DNA of 64,000 bases, from NCBI GenBank assembly GCA_973895155.1, contig OZ316892.1, positions 30,869,802-30,933,801 on the forward strand, read 5' to 3'. The notes under the pieces are model-generated. The model had not been told where the DNA came from. It saw nothing but the letters and a program-made list of their open reading frames with translations, and made no database searches. Numbering within the stretch: position 1 is the first letter of the stretch; each line of letters begins with the position of its first letter. Both the position numbers and the translations under genes were made by a program. Positions 12,401 to 24,694 of the stretch are shown here, piece after piece. The stretch is from Marsupella aquatica. Its lineage: Eukaryota; Plantae; Marchantiophyta.

Positions 12401-14046
12401 CGTTGCCGTTGTTGTTGCCGATGCCGATTTCTTTTCTTTCTCCAGTAGTTTCAGCAGACTCTGCATGCCTGGTTGCTGCATCGGCAAGTCCTCCTTCCTG
12501 GGCCTAAACACCTGCTCGATCGTAGGGCTAATAGGTGGTTGAGGCTTCTCAGCCAACGGCCTCGGCGTTGGAGCTTCCTCGGGTGCCCTTACCTGCAGGG
12601 GAAGTACCGGGGCAAAAGTCTGACCTCTGGCATACCGGCACAACAGCGGCATGTGATAGCCAAGCCGCGACACGCTCCCCATGCCGATTACCTGCTGCTC
12701 CTCCTTTAAGATCTTCTTCAATTGGTTGAGAAGGTACCCGTTGTAGTCCCGGCTTGGGTCTGGCCTTTCTGCCAGATAGACCTGTGCCTTGCCGATCTCT
12801 GCCCTCGGCAAGTTACAATGCATGGTCACCCGCAAGAAGTCGATCATCTCTCCTATGTGCGGGTTGGTGCAGGTGTTCCGGAAGAAGCCATTCTTCGTTG
12901 ATGGCCCGGGGAACGACCGGAACTCCTTGTCAGGCAAGGTCTTCCTGGTATCAACTTTGGTCTTATTGCCTATCGGCAAGCCAAACACTTCGGCAATTAC
13001 CTTGGGAGTAAGATAGAAATCCTTCCCATATATCCTCGTGCAATTGGTCTCGGGTTCCCATGACCCCACGAATTCTAATAGGTCTGACTCTGATACCTCC
13101 GGCTTCAGCCATGGTAATCTTACAAAGGCCTCTAAGCCGGATCCGGCCATGAAGAAGTTGGTACTTCTTGGTCTGCATGGCCGTGAAGCATGCATCCTCC
13201 TCCCGTGCAAAATGTAGTTGCACCTCCACCGGTAGGGTTGCCGCCCAGCCCTTCCAGGTGTCATCCCTGGTTGGAATGGCCTTGATGGGATCGACCTCCT
13301 CCTCTTCGGCTTCTCCCTGCCTCCTGCTCTGTTGCTCGGCTGGCTTCTTTGGTGCCGCCGACCTCGTTCTTTTTGCCGGGGTGGCTTCATCGTTGACGGC
13401 TCCCTTCCTCTTCATCTCTGCTGCCGTGGAGGTTTCTCCTAGCACTGTTGCCTGGGTCCACCTTTCCGTGCTACCCTTTAATTCCCAGTGTATGTCGTTG
13501 CAGTTCTTGATGGCCTCTCGGATGCCGACGACGCTGTCTTTGCAAAACAGAAGATCGTCGAGTTGATTGGAAGTAGGCGTCCATAGGAACTTGTCCTTGA
13601 TGAGTTCGCCTCCTAAGAAAGCCGTCTTCTGCAGCTCCCACAATCGAGCGAGCTCCTGCCGTTCTCGAGCTGCCCTTTCTGATTCCTCGTCCTCGTAAGT
13701 CTTGATGTACTCAGTTGCCCGTTCGAACAGGCATCCCCAGAAATGTGCCGCTTGATTGACGTTGCTCATACCCTCCTTAGGTCGATCATCGGTATCTACT
13801 CTCTCCCCGAGTGCTTGCTTAAGCAGCTGACAGTAGTTGGCCTCCCGTAGTCGTCTGCCTAGTTTGTGCTCGCAAATGAGCCACCATCTCCTGCAAGCGC
13901 TCCTTACCCCCGGCCTCGGCCCGGGTTCCATGGTTGCCCCTAATGGTTTATATTTTCCTTGTTTTGTCCCTATACTAAGGTGTTCCTAGGGTGCCTTCCT
14001 GCTTTACCCACTTAACTGGCCGAGTGATTCCTGTCTAGGCATCACA
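9495..14046 (-). mobile_element. Family-A giant solo LTR (4552 bp) carrying a ~1140-codon gene
   Basis: TGTGGTGC...GCATCACA termini (7/8 inverted match); 5-bp TSD ATAAT at 9490-9494 and 14047-14051; inserted between Copia integrase and RT; no gag or pol inside. Solo-LTR status and strand are inferred from the termini and by analogy with families B and C. Confidence 0.85.
10508..13931 (-). pseudogene. Family-A LTR-encoded protein: conserved N-terminal domain, Pro/Glu-rich linker, long coiled coil; one frameshift
   Basis: ORFs 12963..13931 and 10508..13390 join if 1 extra base near 13150-13156 is removed (compare 4735-4750). Heptad-rich E/K/Q/L stretch at ~10930-11700. Confidence 0.85.
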
Positions 14047-14051
14047 ATAAT

Positions 14052-15920
14052 GCAGCGTGATACAATCCGAGTTGATGATATCTTTGCATTCCAGATTTCC
14101 GAGGACATTATCAATACAACTCCTGATCCCCTAACCATTGCTGAGGCCCGAACTTGCCCGGATTGGCCACAATGGGAGCTAGCTATCAATTCAGAACTGG
14201 ACTCCCTAATCAGACGAAAAGTTTTTGGGCCCATCATTCCTGCACCTGCCGGACTTCATCTTACAGGATACAGATTTATTTTTGTTAGAAAACAAAATGC
14301 GAAAGGAGAAGTTATCAGACATAAAGCGCGCCTAGTCGCGAAGGGCTATACCCAGATCCCCGGCCGGGACTTTGATCAAACATACTCTCCTGTCATGGAT
14401 TCCATCACATATAGATATCTTATTGCATATGCTCTTATCCACAAACTAGTAATGCATATTTTAGATGTGATTACTGCCTATCTATATGGTATCCTTGATA
14501 CCAAAATTTATATGAAGGCACCCCCGGAACTCATCAAGCGATTGATGTTTCACATTGAGGGGGAGAAAACCGGTAAACTAAGCCCAGGTCTACAACCTGG
14601 AGTATAGCAAACTTGTCCTATAGGCAATTTGACTTCAGTGACAACTGAGACTGGACCTTTAGTCCCAACCACACAAGATGTGCTGCACACATCCGCTCAG
14701 AGGAAACGAATGTCTTCCTCACAGGTTACCCCTGTTACACAAACAAAGAAAGTTAAAAGAGAACTTGCAGTTCAGGTACTTCGCTCTCTATATGGTTTAA
14801 AATAGAGTGGGCGGACCTGGTATAAACGCTTCAAAGCTGAAATGATTGCACTGAATTTTATTACTGACGATATTGCCCCTTGCCTATTTCTCAAACAGGA
14901 CGGAAATGAATTTGTCATTATAGCAATTTATGTTGACGACATCAATATTTTTGGCAAAGCAAAAATTACAGCTGATACAATAGACATCCTGAAGAAGATA
15001 TTCGAGATGCGGGACATAGGTAAACCCACCTATTGCTTGGGCTTACAGTTTAATCACTTGCATCATGGCATACTCATTACTCAATCTACCTATACTGAGA
15101 AAGTATTAAAATAGTTTAACATGGAGACTGCTTACCCTGTTAGCACTCCTATGGATTTGAGATCCTCAGATCCTGCAAAGGATACATTCAGGAAATGGAC
15201 TGCACCAGAAGCCATTCTTGGCCCAGAAAAGCCTTACCTCTCAGCAATCGGGGCTCTCATGTACCTGGCTACACAGTCCCGTCCTGATATCTCTTTTGCA
15301 GTCAATCTTCTTGCACGCCATAGTGCCAAACCAACTATTCGTCACTAGAATGGCGTAAAGCAAGTATTCCGTTACCTGCGAGGAACCACAGACTGGGACT
15401 ATTCTTTCCCAAGCAGTCAGAAAATCTATTGGTGGGATATGCAGGCGCAGGATACCTTTCAGACCCTGACGATGCAAAATCCCAGACGGGATATGTTTTT
15501 CTTCAAGGAGGTACTGCTATCTCCTGGAGAAGCTGCAAACAAACATTGACAGCTACTTCGTCCAACCACGCGGAAATCATTGCCCTCTACGAAGCCACTA
15601 GGGAATGCATTTGGTGAAGAAACTTGATGGATCATATTCATACACACACAGGGAACTCTCGTTTGGATAAACCTACGATTATCTATGAAGATAATCGACC
15701 CTGTGTCGATCAGATAGTGCAGGGTTTTATCAAAGGCGATCGTATTAAACATATAGCACCTAAATTCTTTTATACACATGAGCAGCACGGCGGACAGGTC
15801 AATGTACAGTGGATTCCTAGCAAGGAAAATCGAGCAAATTTATTTACGAAACCACTACCATCATCTCTCCACAGAGAACATACATATGGTATAGCATGAG
15901 AAGCATGACCTCACTGCTGT
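14052..15920 (+). pseudogene. Copia reverse transcriptase - RNase H (stops and frameshift)
   Basis: KARLVAKGYTQ, LDVITAYLYG, SLYGLK*SGR, IYVDDI, SQTGYVF, YEDN, KHI motifs. Confidence 0.94.
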
Positions 15921-16816
15921 AGGGCATCGATAGATAAATCAGAACTGACATTATTGATGCAGCGCATTCATGAATATCTCAACATTTCTTACACACAGGC
16001 TACAGTTTCAAATATCTATAGATAACCAGCGATATACTCTACTACCATTCTGTCACTCGACATTTGACTTATGCTCATCCGCAAGCTGAATAATAGAGCC
16101 GAGCTCAGGATATATCTATAGATCAAGAATCGAGAGAGATAGACGTCAACTAGCAACCAACTCATTTTCGCACTTAATCACACATAAGCGCAACATCTTC
16201 TTACCGTCCGAGCTTTATTGATTATGACCGAGTTTTTGCACCGAGCAAACCAAGCGCAGGACGACGCCAAACTCCAGGACCCTGGGCGCACAACCGTGAA
16301 CAACGGAAGTGCAGCAATCGACCCTAACAACGACTCAATCGCCACTTCTCGACTCAACTTCTTGACTCAATAGCCATCCACATTCTACCTCAGCACTGCC
16401 GTGCAACAATATCCGATCACAGAGCAATCCCCGATTCCCCGTTCCCATCGATTGCCTCGAAGTTCAAGCTTCAGCTCACGAAGGAGACTATCGAATGTAT
16501 ACCTAGTATGTAAACTTCTTTTTACACTTAGCCTTACACTCAATAGTCAATAGAACTTAGATTTACTTTTACATATACAAACTACTGCTTAAGTTTTACA
16601 CACCCTAGTATCTTTTTTTTTGTTATAATTCTTTGATATATTTCATTTTTGGCCTTAGACCATGTAATAGTAGTGGCACTCTTCCCATGATTGAAGCATG
16701 GTTTTAATGAGACCATACTACACTTTGGCCAAATAATAGACATATCATTACAAGGGTTAGTTTTTCCCCATACTTTTATGGTTGTTTGAAATATTTTTCA
16801 TTCAACCAAGGGGGAG

Positions 16817-16975
16817 TGTTATAAGGGACAAAACCTTAACCCTACTTACCCTAGAACATAGGAGGTTACATAACCGCCATACCATGTACTACATAGGGAG
16901 AGATTTCCACTCCCACAATGCAATGAAGGAAGTGAGCTTGCTGGTGTATTGAATGTCCATGATTAATCCGTATCA
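16817..16975 (+). repeat. 3' LTR of Copia element 1
   Basis: Follows the PPT; followed by TSD GATAG. Confidence 0.95.
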
Positions 16976-16980
16976 GATAG

Positions 16981-19900
16981 AGGATTGTGGAGTTTTACCA
17001 CTTGACTCTTAAACAGTTTTACCTTTCTATTTGAGCTTGTTTTTTTTTTTAAATTTGAAATTTGAAATTTATTCCGCGTGAACCCCACGGATGGTGGAAA
17101 CAAGCGGGCCAAAAGGTGGCAGGCCATCAAGGGCGGAAAACAACAACAGCCCCAAAGGAGAAAAGACAACCATCCACCCAAACCTAGCAATACAATAGAT
17201 AGTCGTCTAGAGTATAACCAGAGTCAGACAACTGAGTGCCACATCAGGATTGTTTGAGCTTTGTTTCAATTAGTTAGGATTAGATTTAGAGTGACACCAC
17301 TTGTCACCTTAGAGGTTTAGGTTTAGATTTATAAAGACCTTAACCCTACCATATCTCTTAGAGTCTTAAGTTTCTTTTAGATAGGAATAGGTTCCTCGCC
17401 TATGGAGGAAACCCCTTGATTTCTCCCAGGCTATGAGGGATCCTACATTTGGACTCCCAAGCAAAATTCTTATGTCTTTTCTTCTGAATTGATTCCTGAC
17501 CAATTTGTGGGTCTTTCTCTCATGCCAAATTGGGCTTAGGAGAGAGAATCTAATGAAGGAGAATAGTACCATCATCCAAATTGAATTCAAGCATTTCATG
17601 CACCAATCTAAGTATTCAAGTTTTGGATGTATGAATTAGAGATAGAGAATAGAATTGAATGAATGAATAAGGCAAGTCTTTCAAATATAGTAAATAGGGA
17701 ATCGTATTGACTCTTACAACATAAAGCCAATCACCATAGGTGTATAAGGAAGTTGGAGAGGAGAGAAAACCAATTTATCTATCGAGAAGAAGGAGAGCCT
17801 AAAGGAATTCAACTCATAATATTTTCTGAGACAATCAGTTCATGATTCCGTGTGTGTTCAAAACAGCAAAGAAATCACTTAAGGATTTCAAAACACATAA
17901 AACCGTACTAAATCACTTTCATTATTCCTATCGAGAATGAACTTTGGTGTTTTGAAGCTTAATCACGGACATTATAGGTGATTACACTTACCACAGGTTC
18001 TTGGGGTGACTTGTTGAGGGGGACATCTCCCTATCTTCCTTCTCTGGTGGAGACGGTATTGCCACTGCCGTTAGTACGGGCACTGGGGCCACGACCGTGA
18101 TTGTATTGTCCACCGGGGCCGTCTCTCGGGTTGGGGCTTCCTAGAACGGTGGTGTTGTACCTACCCCGCATTGATGGGTACCGGACGGATTGTGGACAAG
18201 TGGTGGAGGGACTTCCTCGTCCTCCAAGCTCAGGTTGACATGTTTACCACGGATTTCACCCAAACAAACGGTGCAACCGGTGGTGGAGAGCGGCTTGAGG
18301 GGGGCTAGGGTGGTGTCTGGGCCTGGCCGTTCCCGAGAAGGATGGCCGCTGGTGCCACGGTTGGTGCTGCCATATTGAGCCGTACACTGGGATCATGTTG
18401 GGTCTAGGCTGGGCGAGCGCTTGTGCTTTGGCAAGGATGATGTCAAAATGATGCCATTGTAAGTCTATGGTTCCTGGAATTTGGAAGAATTTGTCAAGGA
18501 GGTAGAGGATGGCTTCTTCAAAGCCGATGTACTTGTCCCCGTCGAAGAAGAGTTTGGAAATCTCTTCATCCTTGCAATACTTGCTTTTGAATGTGAGCCC
18601 GAAGTCACAGATCCAATGGGAATGGCCTAACAGACGGACACGGTGCTCAAAATGCTTCTTGACTTTGTACCTCCACAGGTTGGTATTAGCGAATGAAGCG
18701 GAAATATGACTTCTATCGCAAGAAACTGGTACCAAAACCAAACAACTGAACTGGACAGGATAGGGGCAGACATATGGCAGTGTCAAAAGGGTGGCTGGTG
18801 GCTAAGAGTGGTGGACCTTGCCACCCGATGCCCTCACCAATCCCAGCACTCACGCCTAAGTGCCCTTGGTGCCCAAACGCCTCCACGGAATACCTCGAGC
18901 AAGCACCCTAGTGCCCCTTGCACCACCAGCGGCCCCTCCCATACGAAGCCGCACTTGCTCTCCTACACGACCACTACTCAATGGTCCTCACTATCTGCAC
19001 AAGCAACCAAGCATCTCGGTAAGTAACCCTTCTGGATCTAGAACTCGCCAAGTCTAGCATCCTAACTCAAGCTCAATAGACGTTGGTAAATAGGTCAGCG
19101 ATAGGTCCTCCGGATGCCATAAGCCGGAACCAGAAGCCACGCCCACTGTTTGTCCAAAACAACTCCTTCCTTGGGCACGGCCCTGGTTCCCCCTCGTACC
19201 TATCCATCACCAATTGACCACCCTAACCTCAGGACATGCTCATGGCCCAATTAGCGTAGCTTGTCCCAACACGCCGAGACCAGAATGGCCCCGACTCACA
19301 AATCCAACCCACGATTCACACTACTGATGGTCTAGGGGCCGAACTCTCTTGGGGCTCAACCTCCACACCTACTTGGCCTTGCCTCCCCAATGCAAGCTCC
19401 CTTGGGAGACTGAACGCAGCTTGGCTGCTGTTCGGCAGGATTTGGCAAGTGGGCGAGTTAACACCCGCAAACCCAAGACCCCAAGGTACCCCCAGACCCA
19501 GCTGAGCTCAGGATGGCATATCCCTTCTCAAGAGCTTTCCAATGCACCCAAGAAGTCCTTGAACGGACTTCCCGTTGGGAAGATATTGTCATTTCCGTTT
19601 GGCGGTTTCCCTTAGTGTCGCGACCGCCGCAGCTCACGACTTCGGCTCGCCCTTAGCCCCCAGGGAGACACCACTCCCCTCATATATGCTTCTGGAGACC
19701 TGCCACCCCCGGACCAGCTTTGGTCCCTAAACATTTGGCCCCCAACCCGGATCCCATCGCACATAATGGGTGCGCCACCAACTGGCAACTCCCATAACTT
19801 TCTTGATAGGCATCCGCAAGCGGAGTGCCTTAGCCCGTTGTGATCGGGTCGACCCGGTGCTCATGCCTAGACCCTCAGGTCTGATCGCCGCTTGGGGCCC

Positions 19901-20740
19901 CCGACCGACCCAACCCAAATCGGGCCACAACTTGCGCCCCAAGCGTCCGTTGCCCATGGCGTCAACTCCATTGGCCTTGGGCCCAAGAGGAGCTCACACT
20001 CAAGCCCTCAGAACTCAAAGTCCATCCGGAGGTCCGGACAGCCGTCTTTGAGCCCGGCCCATTTCCCCTTGACCCGACCAGCTACCCGCTAGTCCAAGTC
20101 CTTAGTGTGTGTCCCCAGCTTGGCTCCTTGCCTCGCTAGTGCCACGTCTCATTGCCCACAAGTCTCCCCATGCTAAGTCCTCCCCGGATGGCCTATCCGG
20201 GCCTGGACCATAAGGGAGCTCGGCGTTGGAGTCAATGACGCCGGAGCTAAGTATTAAGGTAGTCAAGTTCTGTGACTCTAAGTGTGGTGCATGCGAGGAG
20301 ATGGCTCAAAGCTGGCGCAAGGAGTGAACAAGTGAGGCGCAAGTAGGGAAGAGCTCACCTTTTATACTCTTGCCGTGCGTCGACCAATCGGCCCTCTTGC
20401 TCATGATAGGCTGAGCTCCTCACGCCCAAAGTGTACTGGCCACTAGTCGGGTCCGGGTCAGAGCGTGCCAGAGGCTGCTACTGGTTCAGTTATATGGACC
20501 CAAGGTTGACTACCATAACGCGCTCCTAATCCGGTGGTACGTCAAGTGCTGCGCCGCCAGCCCGAGCGTGAATGCCCATTATTACTAAACCTGTCCTAAC
20601 CATCATGACTAGCTAATTTAGTGTCGTTATGCTAATAGCTACGGATTCCTATATCTACTTTGTACTGTTAGATAGTGCTCTAGTCTTGTGACTCATGAGC
20701 TAACCACAGTTAGTCTAACTCGGGTTAGGACTTAGCTAAT
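16981..20740 (-). other. Unclassified TE-derived segment (AT-rich LTR-like part to ~17986, decayed minus-strand ORF ~17990-18790, GC-rich region to 20740)
   Basis: Continuous with 5732-6218 once the Copia element is removed. Possible LTR edge ...GATTACA at 17986; ORF 18256..18786 has no recognised motif. Confidence 0.3.
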
Positions 20741-23700
20741 TGTGACACGGGTAACGTGTCACTTGACCGAACCCAGGTCGTAGATTAGGACTTATACGGT
20801 CATTAGGACCGTAGCCATAGCGTAGAATAGCACGTATAGCCGTCAAGTTGCCATTATGATTAGATTAGGAGTAGGTTAAGATAACCGAATAATTACGAGT
20901 TCAGGAAAGGGATTATTACGCACGACCGAGGTACGGTGGCGGCAGCGGAGTAAAAATCAGTTAGAAGAATCACGCTTGGACCGAGGCGCCGACTTCAGCT
21001 CGTTATCAATGACCAAACGGCCTGACCTTCTCACGCTCGGGCTCGTCCTGGCACCCCCATAAGAGAGGAGCCGATGGCACTGCGGGCCATTCGCTCATGT
21101 TTACCTTTTTGGAATTTGCGGACGCTGCCATCCGCTCGCCTTTTTGATTGAATCCAGTCGACCTTTACGAGGAGATTATCGAGGGAGAAGAGCGGAATGT
21201 GGCGAGATTTAGTCAGGATGAGCGAGGCCTCCGCGAAAAAGGACCAGCCAGGTGGGAATGCGGACGCAACAAACCGGACTACGAGGTTAGTATGACCCTC
21301 ACAGCCTTGGGATTTTGGACCTTGTTTGGCGAGGTAGGTGCTAAGTTCTCCGAGACTTACTGGTACTCTTGCCCCGAGAAAGCCGCTTACGAACAAAGGT
21401 ACGCGAAGCTGGTAACCAAGGTAGCACTGGTTAATTGCGAAAGGACAGCCATCACCAGGGATTCTAGCTACAACGAGCTGCGAGACTACATCACCGAACT
21501 ATATCTCAACGAGGAAGGGCTTAGATCGGTAGCAGAGGCGATTCTTGAGGTTCCAGCTAAGTTCTTTAAGCTGAAGGGCAACCAACGACTTACTCAAGCG
21601 GAGTTCGACAAGATTCTGGGGTACCTAGACCAGCAGATTGCAGCCAAAAAGCGCCAAGAAGACATCAGCAGACAACGGGAAGCGGCGCGTAATCTCACGT
21701 TCCTCGGGGAAAGCTCTAACGCCTTCAACTGGGATATGGCTACCCCAGTGCCTCAACCAATGACCACCGGAGTACCGCCGAACCAGTCCCAAGTCCGTCC
21801 AGTAATCAACACGGAGTGTTCTTCGGGTTCCGAGCGAGCTAGTCCGCAACTCGAACAGCGTCCTCGTAAGCGGTCAAGGACTATGACGGCCCCCGAATCA
21901 ACACGGACCCACGCCGCGCCTGCACCTGCCCCGACAAACCCCCCAACCAACCAGACCCGACGGCCCCCGGATAACCCGAAGTCCAACTTATTACAAGTAA
22001 TCCGCGTCCCCGAGGTAGTCTGGATCGCGATCAAGAAACTCGAACATGCGGACTATCTCAAGGAGCATCAGTTGGAGCGGTTCGCCCACTTACTATGGAG
22101 GCCGTGCGCCGCCGGGCCGAAGGAGATTTGTGAGTTCATCTCCAATTTTGACACTGATGCGTCGACCACCAAGGTTTCGGGGCAGACCTTATCACTCACG
22201 GAGCATCGGTTAATGCAAATTTTCTGCCTACCAACCGGGCCGGTGCCGGTGGAAATCCAAATTCGGGATAAGGAGTATACACCGCGGCACTTCAAACCCG
22301 AGGGTAAGACGGACAACGGATACAAGCAGGGGGCGTGCACCAACTTAACCTGTATGGAGCGGCTTAACTTCATACGGACTACCCTACACATGATTGAGCC
22401 ACGATCCGAGATTTCCCTCTACACGATCGTGCAGGTGGAACAGTACAAACGACGAAACTGGGCCCAATTCTTCTACCGAAGATTCTCGGGGGAGCTGAAG
22501 CGGGCTCAGGGTGGTATGGCTATTGGAGGGAAGACTTACTTGGGAAGTCATATCGCCATTATCCTCGCCTGGTACAAGGCACGGCGGGAGGCCAGAGGAA
22601 AGAATATGGCCACCTCAGCCCCGGGTAATGTCACCCCCGCCCCAGAGGAGGCAACCCCGACTACGCGGACTACCGTCCCTCGGGCAAACCCCGAGCCGGA
22701 AGCCCCGACTAATACTCCGCAACCGCCCCCTGTGGAAATTCCACCGCCTCCTTCCGTTGAGCTTCCGCTACCTGTAGTACAACCACCCCCAATCCCTCCA
22801 CCACCTGAAGAAACCTTCCCCTCCCCAGCGCTGACTACGGAGGAGCTCATTGCCCCTGCCGAGGAACCACCGGTACCCGAGAGGATGGAGGACTACCAAG
22901 TAGCCCCGGGGACCATGGCCTACGACCTGGTCCAGAAGTTTAGCCAGACTATGTCTGGGGAGCTGGCGACATACATCGGACAACAAGTCTCGGCATACTT
23001 TCAGCCAGCCTTCTTCATGTTAGAGCACCAACCACGGATCGTCAGCCGCTTGGAAGAAGAACTCATGGCGAAGGGGAATGAGATCGGGCGTCTCCAGATG
23101 CTGGTAGAGCACCTCGAGGAGGAGGCAACGACCCGCCGCGAGGATTTAGTCCGCACTGTCGAACAGAGGGACGGACTAACCCAGGAGTTAAGCGGAGCGC
23201 AGGCCGAACTCAAGAAGCTGGACGATACCGTGCTTCAATTTACGCTCAGAATCTTCGGCTCGGGTTACCAGCCTGACCGACCTCAACAAACAATTCCTGC
23301 AGGCAGCACAGCAGGTGGCTGGTCTCTCCGCCGAACGAGATAAATTGCTAGCGCAGGACCAGGTCCATCACGACGCCATCGACCAGCTCAACTTGGAGGT
23401 GGCGCGGCTCCAGACTGAAGCCGATGAAGCTGCAAACGAGGCGGAGGAAGCAGTACGGGACAACAAGGCTTTGCAGGACCCCGTCACCCTGCTCGTCCTC
23501 CAGCGGGGAAAACCTGGGCCCACCTCTGATCAAGGCGGCTCGAGGTCTTGCCCCGACAAGGGGACCAGCCCTGGTCCAACCACTGCACACACATAAGGGG
23601 TGGTTAGCGAAGGGTAGAAGCAGGCGCCGCGCGAGGCGGTTAAGTCAGCGGCATCTTTTGGTTAGGCGTAACGACAGAATGACTGTCATTAGGCGCCGAT

Positions 23701-24580
23701 TAGCGGCAGTAGGAAGAATTAGGGCTGGTCAGTTAGGATCAGCCAACGTAGGATGGAGTCCATCAACGGACTAGAGTTTGTCAGTAGGCTTGGCCGCTGC
23801 CATTCCGGTTGGCACACTCGTAGTCGACGGTCAACCGGTCAGTGCAGCGCGACCAGTAGTCAGCAGATAGTTAGTCAGTAGGTAGTACCCCGGAAGGTAG
23901 TATCCTCCGGTTCTCTTCCGCTATGGTAGTATTTAGGCTTCCCCTTCCGCGATGGGAAGGGGGGAGAAGGCTTAGTTATCTCGGTAGAAGAAAGGCGAGG
24001 CACGGGGAGTCCCGGCCTGAGTAGGGTCAGAGCGCACCAAGGAGTGAGAGCCAGAGTCGAGCTTGCTGGGCAAGTGCGAGGCAGGGCCTCGTAGAGACTG
24101 GGCATCGACTGCCGTTGGGCCTGCTGACCCCCTTTGAAGTCGAGTCAACCATGTAAACTGATGCTTCGCTGAGTAAATGTAGTCTTTTCCCCCTAATGTT
24201 TTTGAGAGTAACTGGTGTTGTGTGTATGCTTTGTCTGGGCAAAGGCGCCATTTTAAGGGACGTACCGGGTGCGGACTAATGGTAGGGATTGCCACTCATT
24301 GCATGTCACAAGGTCCTGTCACGTCGATGGCTTGAAAAGCCCCAAGTCGGGAGTTAGTCCGCGTCACTAACTGAGGGAATATTCCAGCGGTGGAAAATAA
24401 ATATACCTATGTCAAGTACGAATTATGCGAGTGTTATACCAGTAAGTATATCGGCTTAGCCCGACTTAGGGCTATTGAAGGTCACTACACACCTCCTTGC
24501 CCGAACCCTCACCCCTACTGGTGGTCGAGGTCGCACCACGACACTAACCTGGATTTAAGGCCCTGGTTAGGGGTGCGACA
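20741..24580 (+). repeat. Family-C 5' LTR (3840 bp) containing a large sense ORF
   Basis: TGTGACAC...GTGCGACA; boundaries fixed by the TSD-flanked solo copy at 35644-39475. Confidence 0.93.
21148..23596 (+). pseudogene. Family-C LTR-encoded protein (~815 codons; conserved domain, Pro-rich linker, coiled coil); one frameshift near 23240
   Basis: 731-codon ORF plus 23315..23596; the solo copies lack the extra T and read through this point. The true start is unclear (no ATG at 21148; possible splice acceptor near 21157). Confidence 0.85.
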
Positions 24581-24597
24581 TACGGCGTCCAGTTTTT

Positions 24598-24615
24598 TGG
24601 CGCTAGATGGAGGGG
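24598..24615 (+). promoter_or_regulatory. Putative primer-binding site TGGCGCTAGATGGAGGGG, 17 nt downstream of the LTR
   Basis: Starts with TGG, lies between LTR and gag, resembles Tat-lineage PBS sequences. Confidence 0.7.
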
Positions 24616-24694
24616 GCACTCATTTTGCCTTACGAGTGGAGCCGTGTAGTGAGCTAGTAACTTTTGATTTTGTACTCGACGTGAAGGAAGGGGC

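Larger units (their letters stand above)
6219..16975 (+). mobile_element. Ty1/Copia LTR retrotransposon, Bianca-like, full length, interrupted by the family-A solo LTR
   Basis: 159-bp LTRs at 6219-6377 and 16817-16975 (TG..CA, 2 mismatches); TSD GATAG at 6214-6218 and 16976-16980; PBS CGTTATCAACACG 6378-6390 (half-tRNA-iMet type); PPT AAGGGGGAG 16808-16816. Confidence 0.95.

Noticed and set aside
15920-16807. Extra ORF in the long 3' region of Copia element 1
   Set aside because: No ORF in the track and no recognisable motif; left unannotated.
23875-24295. Short antisense ORFs identical in all three family-C LTRs
   Set aside because: Identity is explained by recent copying; there are no motifs and they overlap in all three frames.
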